From contig OZ024752.1 in the NCBI GenBank assembly GCA_964016885.1, forward strand, positions 14,322,001 to 14,386,000: a DNA stretch of 64,000 nucleotides, written 5' to 3'. This DNA is from Eledone cirrhosa (Eukaryota). Positions 55,452 through 64,000 of this stretch are shown here, one piece after another. The notes beneath the pieces are model-generated. The model saw nothing but the letters and a program-made list of their open reading frames with translations. It was not told where the DNA came from and made no database searches. The position numbers were made by a program, and so were the translations under genes. How positions within the stretch are numbered: position 1 is the stretch's first letter; the number at the start of each line of letters is the position of its first letter.

Positions 55452-55508
<57 letters not shown>

Positions 55509-55636
55509 CATGTATGTGTATATATACATACTACTGTACGTCTGTATACATATATGTATGTACGTATACTTATATATATATTTTCATTTATATATATATA
55601 TATATATATTTTCATTTATATATATAAATATATATA

Positions 55637-55676
<40 letters not shown>

Positions 55677-55722
55677 CATTTATATATATATATATTTACA
55701 TATATATATATATTTTTTCATT

Positions 55723-55758
<36 letters not shown>

Positions 55759-55947
55759 CATATATATTTCCATTTATATATATATATATCTATATCTATC
55801 TAAGGCGGGTAAAATTCCCGAGATCCATGGACGAGTTCTCTCCAGCGGTCTCTGTCCCTCATTATCGCTGCCATATCCTGCATCTCTATATATATAAGAG
55901 ACGTAAAATAGGAAAATTATAAAATTAACTTACTTACTAAAATATCA

Positions 55948-56027
55948 CTTCCAACTAATTAGTTTCTGGAATGGAGTAAATATATTTTCCGAAGAAGATA
56001 TATAGAAACATTCCGTCGTCAGGAAAG
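55948..56027 (-). ncRNA. type I hammerhead, reverse-complement copy of 53774-53853
   Basis: cttccaactaattagtttctggaatg...cattccgtcgtcaggaaag. Confidence 0.8.
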
Positions 56028-56059
56028 ACTATTCTCATGTAAGTTTCCAGGCTCATGTA

Positions 56060-56327
56060 AGTTTCGTGGAGACCTGAAAATCCGCCTCTTCATTGCTGTA
56101 GTGGAGTCTGTGCTGCTGTATGGGTTTGAGACTTGGACACTGACCAAGAAACTCACTCAGATGGTGGATGGGTGCTACACGAGAATGCTGAGGATGGCTC
56201 TGAACATTAATCAGTATACACTGAGGATGAAACACTCAGAGCTGTATGGGAGCATCCCAAAAGTCAGCTCAAAAGTGACACAGAGGAGACTGAGGTTGGC
56301 TGGACATGCTCACCGACATCCAGAGTT

Positions 56328-56330
<3 letters not shown>
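56060..56330 (+). mobile_element. RTE/RTE-X LINE 3' fragment
   Basis: [43 protein letters not shown]. Confidence 0.85.
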
Positions 56331-56405
<75 letters not shown>

Positions 56406-56433
56406 TATTCATTTATATATATATATATTCATT

Positions 56434-56468
<35 letters not shown>

Positions 56469-56469
<1 letters not shown>

Positions 56470-57005
56470 ATATGTTGAAAAGGTAACACACCAGAGAGAG
56501 ATATACAGTGCGCTATCAATAAAACAGGGGAAAAAACCATATTTCGCTCCTAATAACAGTCTTTCCCATCTCTGTTTGGTTGAGCACACTTCTCTGAGTG
56601 GCTTTGGGCTGCCCTTTCTAGCAGTTCGTCCCTCAGAGGCCACTGGTTCACTGCCCTTAAACACGCTGTGACTTCTCTCTCCCACGTGTAGCTGGACAGT
56701 CACTTTTAAAATTCTCTTAGTGTCATCTGAAATGTATAGCCTTACACGCGCTGATGAACCGAGGCTAACCCATTTCTTTCAACAAATTACTGGTGGAACA
56801 TATCTTTGGATTAGTATCTTTGGATTTGTACGTGTGTTATATAGTTATAGAGGTATTTATTTATGCTTTAATTTATGTTTTTAATTATCGTGTCTATAGT
56901 CTGCCTTTCATAGGTTATAGATTCCATACACTGGTGGTTCTTTTCCCTGTTTTATTGATAGTGCACTGTATATCTCTCTCTGGTGTGTTACCTTTTCAAC
57001 ATATT
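56469..57005. repeat. element with ~70-bp terminal inverted repeats
   Basis: aatatgttgaaaaggtaacacaccagagagagatatacagtgc..tatcaataaaacaggg / ccctgttttattgata..gcactgtatatctctctctggtgtgttaccttttcaacatatt. Confidence 0.85.
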
Positions 57006-57057
57006 GTATTTTAAAGAGCTCAGGATTTCTTCTCCTTTGAGCATATTATTTACAGGG

Positions 57058-57240
57058 GCGGTGGATTGGCAGTATCGGTAGAGGGTCGGACGCAATGCTT
57101 TCCAGCATAGTTACGTCCCTTTACGATCTGAGTTCAAATCCCGCCGAGGTTGACTTTGCCTTTCATCCTTAAGGGGTCGATAAAATAAAGTACCAGTAAT
57201 GCACTGGGTAATTGCTGGCCTTGTGCCTAAAGTAGAAACA
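57058..57240 (+). mobile_element. full-length young SINE with 13-bp target-site duplication
   Basis: attatttacaggg at 57045-57057 and 57241-57253; A-box and B-box present; central gcctttcatcctt..ggggtcgataaaataaagtacc resembles the MetaSINE domain. Confidence 0.93.
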
Positions 57241-57285
57241 ATTATTTACAGGGAATAGCGAAGGCCTATGCCTCCGTTAATTTAT

Positions 57286-57289
<4 letters not shown>

Positions 57290-57360
<71 letters not shown>

Positions 57361-57484
57361 CATATATATATATATGCATATATATATATATACATATATA
57401 TACATATATATATACATATATATACATATATATATGCATATATATATATATACATATATATGCATATACATATATATATATATA

Positions 57485-57568
<84 letters not shown>

Positions 57569-57597
57569 TATATATATATATATACATATATATATAT
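57290..57597. repeat. (TA)n microsatellite with interruptions
   Basis: Directly visible. Confidence 0.96.
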
Positions 57598-57986
57598 TTA
57601 TTTACTCTTGGTGCAACAGATATGAAATCCCGATATAAGGTTTGACTATCTTTGTTTATTTTTTTATATATGAATAAGGATTGTTTCTTGTATCTCATTC
57701 TGTTATTTTGCCCGAGAAAATATCTATGTGTCATTAAACGTTGTGCACATAGATATTTTTTCAAGTTCCAATTGAGTTCTAGCACGTGGCCTGAATTCCT
57801 TTTAGAATTCATTGTCCTGCGCATGTATTGTTTTTTTGGCGGTAATATACTTCCTCATTTTTGAATCAGTTAGAGTATTTCTTTATAACTGCTGGAGTAG
57901 CAACCCAACAGATACCTCAGGTACTGATGGTGATTATCGCTAAATATAGATATTGGTTAGATTATCAATATTAGTATTATTGTGCA

Positions 57987-58113
57987 CCCACTGATGAATT
58001 ATAAGAGCCCACTTGAATATATATCTGTTGATCTTATACAAGCTCTTACATAAATTGGTATAATTTCACCCAAATTGAAGGAATCTTATAATGAAACGAG
58101 ACGTCCGTCTGGG
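57987..58113 (+). ncRNA. type I hammerhead with ~95-nt branched stem II
   Basis: ccca CTGATGA attataaga...tcttataat GAA ACGAGACGTCCGT C^ tggg; 9-bp perfect stem II base; GUC triplet. Confidence 0.8.
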
Positions 58114-58285
58114 AAGAGATATATTCGATATGTCTCATATGAAATAATACAGCCAATTTTCCACACAATACATTTAGTTAGCACCCCGAACGTTTAATTA
58201 GGAATATACTCACTTATTTCCTAATGTTTGTTGAGTGAGTTGGAATTTGGCCGGAGTATAGCTAAAAGCTTTCTCCGATGATGTA

Positions 58286-58327
<42 letters not shown>

Positions 58328-59159
58328 GGTATCAACTAGTCTTTGAAATTTAATCACGTATGTCTACATCATATGAAAATGTTGTGAACTAATCTACTAA
58401 AAATGGGGAGAGGTAGGATTTAAAGCTAGAATAAAATGAAACGAAACAATAAACACGAATCTAGATACCGAAGACTTAGTTGTAGAACATATAGTCACTC
58501 TCCTGGCGGCCATATTAAGCTTTCTGTAAAGGTGGATCTATATGATTTAACATCACACATCATGGTTCGACTATGTTTGATATCAATAATGCTGTATTAA
58601 TTATTTGAATATTATTATATTTAAACATTTAGAAATAATTCATTTAGAAATAATTCATTTTGCCTCATAATGCAATTTGAATTCATTAACAAGCAAATAA
58701 AAAATAATGTGGAGAAAAACGATGTTGATTTTGAGTATGTTACAGACGCCCACGGCTTCTAGTTTGTTAAAAGATATCAGGACCTCTACAGTAATATAAT
58801 ATGTAATTCTATTAATGTTACTAATTGAAAATTTGAAATATGTGGTCATAAAAACTACTTCCCTAATCTACCTGTTGTAACTTCTTATGGGCCTCGATTT
58901 GCTTTCAAATTCTATCAATACAAATATTTGTAAAACAATTGCAAAAAGAAATCATTATATGTTCAAGAAAGAACATTGACTGCTTAATATTTAATTACTT
59001 TTACGTGTGTATGTTTAATACTGCAGCATATGGGAGTGTTGTTAAGATTCTTTCAAGTTTTATGTGAAGTTGTTCTTACGTCTCCAGACTGAACAAAGCC
59101 TACCTTAGTGTAGATTCAGAGAGTGCAAGCGAGATCTTTCCACGTCTAAAACTATTCTG

Positions 59160-59460
59160 GTTAATGCGAGGAATTGGGGCAACCAAAGGTACTGCATGGT
59201 TTCGGACGGTGGCAGGTGAATGTCCATGACTTGGCTGTCTTTTTCATAAAGGTGATGTAGGATGAGAATAGATCAAACACATTTAAAAGTTGTAATAACA
59301 ATTCCCCGTTTCGATTTGTTTCGGTGTTAAATGTAAGAGGGAAATCCTGTAGGTCACCTTCGATTGTAAGAGAATCATGAGATGGGATGTTATCAATCTT
59401 GATAGAATCCAGTGACGCTCTCTTCATCACTAGAGTTAATGGGACTGTAAATGATGAAGG
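59160..59460 (-). mobile_element. degenerate LINE AP-endonuclease fragment
   Basis: TIEGDL...ETNRNGELLLQLL..FDL...TFMKK.AKSWTF resembles the RTE endonuclease. Confidence 0.55.
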
Positions 59461-61046
59461 TAAATTTGGGGCTTGGAAGCATGAAACAAATTACCTGCAT
59501 CAGTTGTTATCTGTCGAGACACTGCATCCTTTAAAACCTCCATGCTTCCTGAGATACGCCAACACTACACCTGATGTCCTCCCTCCATACACACGCACAC
59601 ATGTAGTTCATGACTCGTACACTGTTCATTTTACTGACTTTTGTACATTATTCTATGTACTATACATGCACCTATGATGAGAGAAGCATGTCTACTCCAC
59701 AAATAGTTGAATTTTCAGAGTTTTTCCATGCTGAGGCAGTGATAAACTGGAAGTTGTCAGCTTAGGTGTGCTCAAGGTTTAATGTAGGATTGAAATGTCT
59801 ATGTTCTTGTAGCTTGATGATCTCAATAGCGTTTGGCGCACATTTTCTAGCTCTTCCAATCTACCCGGAAAATCAAGTGTGTTAAAATTGTGGTATCTTT
59901 TCGCTTTGACTGCTAGCGGCAATTTCTGTTCGAATTGATCTCATATTCAGTGTAACGATACACACCTATAGGCTAATGAATGCCGGAAAAAACATTTTCA
60001 CTATAAATCAATAAATAAAGAGTTATTAGCCATTAAAATTTGAAAGTTTTGGGTAATTTTAGCCAATCGTAAGCCACATACATCCTCATGCCTGTTTCCA
60101 TAGTAACAAGCGGAATATGAGAACTTTGTTGTCTGCGAGAAAGCACGTGTTGACAAATGTATTGAAGCCTGTTTCCATAGTAACAAGCGGAAACTGGGGA
60201 TGAACCATAACACGGTTGTTGATTATAACAGCTATGTTAGAGTTAGGGTTAGGGGTTAGCTACACGCACAAAATGACAGTTTGCAAATGCTGTTTCCTGA
60301 CTGGGTGGACATGATCAAACTTTAAACTTCTATAACTTTTTAAAAACATTTTTCTTGAAAAAATAAAATAACTGCAGCAATTCAGCTTGGAAAACTACAT
60401 TAAGATATGCTGAATTTTAAAATGTTCGATAAACTTTAATGCTGGCAGCCAAACTGAAAAGATCTAAATTGTGTGCACTAAAGCGAACTGAGTTTGAATT
60501 TGAGCAATGGATTTGATCTTCTATCTACTGTATCAGAATCAGCTTGCCTGGATAGATCATGGTTGGAAGCCGGTACGCCAGTGGCCTCATCGAACGTGGT
60601 ATGAATTTCAGGAAGTTAAGCTGAAGTAGTGACTGGATATCCTGGTGAAAATCTATAGAGAGTCCATGGTCTGGTAATCTAGTAAACGTACGTATCACTA
60701 GGGCTGTAAAGTCTATTATAAGGCAACTGAAAGCCTTTATTTACCCATACGTAGAGCATTGCCTTTTTAGGACTTCTATTTAAGACATAATGAAGGGACT
60801 GAGGTTCCTGGATTGCTCTGATCTATTTCCAAGGAGAAAGCCACTCCCTTTGAGCTGGTCACGGGTGGTACCTGTTTAACAGCTTGTCAAGTAGCAATAG
60901 TAAATGGAATACGACTAAGCTGATCACAAACCAAACGTTATAATTAAGAAGTAACATGTAAAAGTTAAAATGTAAGAATTTAAAAGTTACAAGGTAAGAA
61001 GTCAAAATATATGAAGTTAAATCTTAAAATGTAAGAAGTCAAATAA

Positions 61047-61097
<51 letters not shown>

Positions 61098-61296
61098 ATT
61101 GGAAATTAGTAAAATCGAATCTCTGGCGGTTTGCAAGTAAATTCGGCCTACTTATATGAAGTGATGAGTTAGCAAAGCACTCGATAAGATAGGTCTCAGA
61201 GTTATAACATACGTTTAAATAGCTTGACAAATCGAACATTGTGGTAGGCTAAACTATCACACAATATGTACCAAAGTAACGAAGAAACTAATCAGG

Positions 61297-61360
<64 letters not shown>

Positions 61361-61976
61361 ATACTTGGGGAGGGTCATATTTGCGTAATATTGCCAGAAT
61401 TAATAACAGAACACACTCACTGTTTGGTTGGTTTTCGCTTCTCGCTGTCTTTTATATCTGCGATCTAACTTACTCGGTCCTCAATGTTGCCATTGACTGA
61501 CCGACGGTCAAAAATAATACAGATACAATATAGACACAAACACATATATATAGTTTACATAATTTACATAAATCTTTCGTTGCACATCTGTTGTGTTGTA
61601 TGTCTACGCCATTTTTTTTATTCAGTCTGTCTATATATTTATTTATTTATTTGCTTGTTTGTTTATTTTATTTTATTTTGTCTTCTTTGCGCATGCGTTT
61701 GCGTGTGTGTATAGTGTTATGTGTGCTGTGTGACTAGTGTGTATAGTGTTGAGTCTGCTGGGTGACTAGTGTGTGTTTATGTGCTTGTTGTTATTGTGCT
61801 TGTGTATGTATTTATTTATCTTATTTTATTTTATTTTATTTTATTTATTTACTTATTTATACTTCTCTTAGGCCAGTGTTGTTTGCTTGGGTGTTGTTGT
61901 TGTTCCACTCATTCTTTCTGTTTAGTATAACAATATCTGTTTCGACACACGATTTCATATAAAAAACCTCACTAAA

Positions 61977-62016
<40 letters not shown>

Positions 62017-62032
62017 GAATACACACATATAC

Positions 62033-62129
<97 letters not shown>

Positions 62130-62837
62130 AGATATATATATACAGAGAATACACACGCTCGGGTGCTGGTGTTCACATTCAACACTTAGATACTGCGATA
62201 AGCGACATACTCACGTGGAGATCTATCGTTGAGTCAATGTCGGCCGAGACCGCAGGACGATGATGATGATGAGAGACAAAGGAGAATACATGGTAAATAT
62301 CTATTCCGATGTTTGAAAAGGGAGATATTTTAATATAGAATTGACCAATGGCCAACTTCAGAGGAATTATCAGTACAATGATTCCTTTTTGCATACATTG
62401 ATGAAGTCAAGTTCGCCACCACCATGTCAAATAGGAGAGGTATTGTGAATGAACTGTAAATTTAGGTTCCATTTACAATTACATCAAATATGTTATCATC
62501 GCTCCTGTCGTAAATAGTCTGAATGGTACCTACTGGCAAATATTCAATTTCTATCGACACATTTCATTTGTTCTCCGGCTATATTATACATGGTTCCAAT
62601 CACGTTAATCAGATTGCTGCTATATTTTTCAGTCAATTGATGCATTGAAAGCGAATGAATTAATACTTAATAATTTTAATGAATCAAGTTGAATCTGAAA
62701 TCAATATCGGCATGACTATTGATAATGTTTCCAGAACTTTCGATATTCTTATAGCATATACATGATATTTGGTGCTTTCTAACATTGTTAGAAAAGTGCA
62801 AATTTATAGGACGAATATAGTCAATTATATATACTAT

Positions 62838-63105
62838 ATAATTGTTTCTACTTTAGGCACAAGGCCAGCAATTACCCAGTACACTACTGGTACATTATTT
62901 TATCGACCCCGTAAGGATGAAAGGCAAAGTTAACCTTGGCGGGATTTGAACTCAGACCGTAACATAATGCTTTTCGATTTTATCGATCTCGTAGGGATGA
63001 AAGGCAAAGCTTACGTCGGCGGGATTTGAACTCAGAAGGTAAGGGATATAGCTCCAAGCTGCTAAGCATATTGTCCGACGCTCTACCGTTTTTGCCAATC
63101 CACGG
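62838..63105 (-). mobile_element. two adjacent SINE pieces
   Basis: 62838-62960 and 62975-63105 both match the main SINE family. Confidence 0.85.
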
Positions 63106-63427
63106 CACTTGACTAGAAATTATTTCTTCCCCATGGGGATGTTGAAGTTCTATCTGGTTTGGTTTGAAACGTCAAGCCATTAACGAGTTAGTCAATCCAG
63201 CCCTTATGACAATCTACAATCTTATTCCAATGATTCACATTGGCAAGAAGGAATCTTACTATATGCTACAAAACATGTCTGACGCGCCATCTATACTGCC
63301 AGTCTACTGGCCTACAACACTTCAAAATAACAGAGCTCAGATAAGTAAACTGACTTTATTTGGATTTGAGATGAAGAATATATATATATATATATAGTAA
63401 TATCTATATATATATATATATATATAT

Positions 63428-63702
63428 AATAATTGTTTCTACTTTAGGCACAAGGCCAGCAATTACCCAGTGCATTACTAGTACTTTATTTTATCGACCC
63501 CGTAAGGATGAAAGGCAAAGTCAACCTCGGCGGGATTTGAACTCAGATCGTAAAGGGACGTAACTATGCTGGAAAGCATGGCGTCCGACCCTCTACCGAT
63601 ACTGCCAATCCACATAATAATATATAGTAATATGTATATAGTAATAATTGTTTCGACTTGTGGCACAAGGCCAGCAATTATCGCAGTGTATTACTGGTAC
63701 AT
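63428..63702 (-). mobile_element. full-length SINE (63431-63612) plus 3' fragment (63645-63702)
   Basis: Near-identical to 27171-27350. Confidence 0.9.
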
Positions 63703-64000
63703 TTGGCGCAAAATCAATTTTTAACATTCACGTGACCTCTACCGACCAATCAAAAGTGTTTTGACTACAAGAATTTTTGCAACACGAATTGACGCTAAAC
63801 TTATAGTACTCATTCACGTGACATTCAACAACCAACCAAATCTTAATACCCCTGGAGCCACTTTTTTCACATAAAACAGGTAGAATTTCCAAAACTGATC
63901 AGATTAGAGCAAACATCACGGGCGCCCTATCTCAAAATTAATTTTGAAAAGCATTAGAAATGCGCAACCGGTAAAAACTAATTTTTACTTATTCCTGATT

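Noticed and set aside
57058-57150. tRNA genes at A-box/B-box motifs
   Set aside because: No complete cloverleaf, and the motif is always followed by the SINE body
60240-60260. Telomeric TTAGGG repeats
   Set aside because: Only 2-3 imperfect units; not an array
62160-62460. Possible host exon (GC-richer, purine-rich stretch)
   Set aside because: No recognisable domain, stops in all plus frames, no supportable splice structure

Overview
AT-rich, repeat-dense eukaryotic (animal) genomic DNA with no intact host gene that I can support. The (TA)n/(CA)n/(GA)n load and the tRNA-derived SINE family resemble octopus/cephalopod genomes (inference only). Identifiable elements: several decayed Penelope-like retroelements (RT + GIY-YIG), a near full-length but disrupted L1/Tx1-clade LINE (~26.8-32.7 kb), RTE-type LINE fragments, a Tc1/mariner transposase pseudogene, a Helitron remnant with its hairpin-CTAG 3' end, about 15 SINE copies, and three minisatellites. 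The main signal not visible in the ORF track is a dense set of type I hammerhead ribozyme (HHR) motifs read directly from the sequence: about 20 copies (roughly half with intact cores) in about eight sequence families, on both strands, most with a palindromic stem III. Many lie in fold-back inverted repeats bounded by (TA)n. One pair lies in ~600-bp direct repeats around an apparently non-coding unit with cleavage sites 2624 nt apart (retrozyme-like). One family has a ~95-nt branched stem II with covarying pairs, and another uses a U3:A8 core. All structures were paired by eye; none has been folded computationally or tested for activity.
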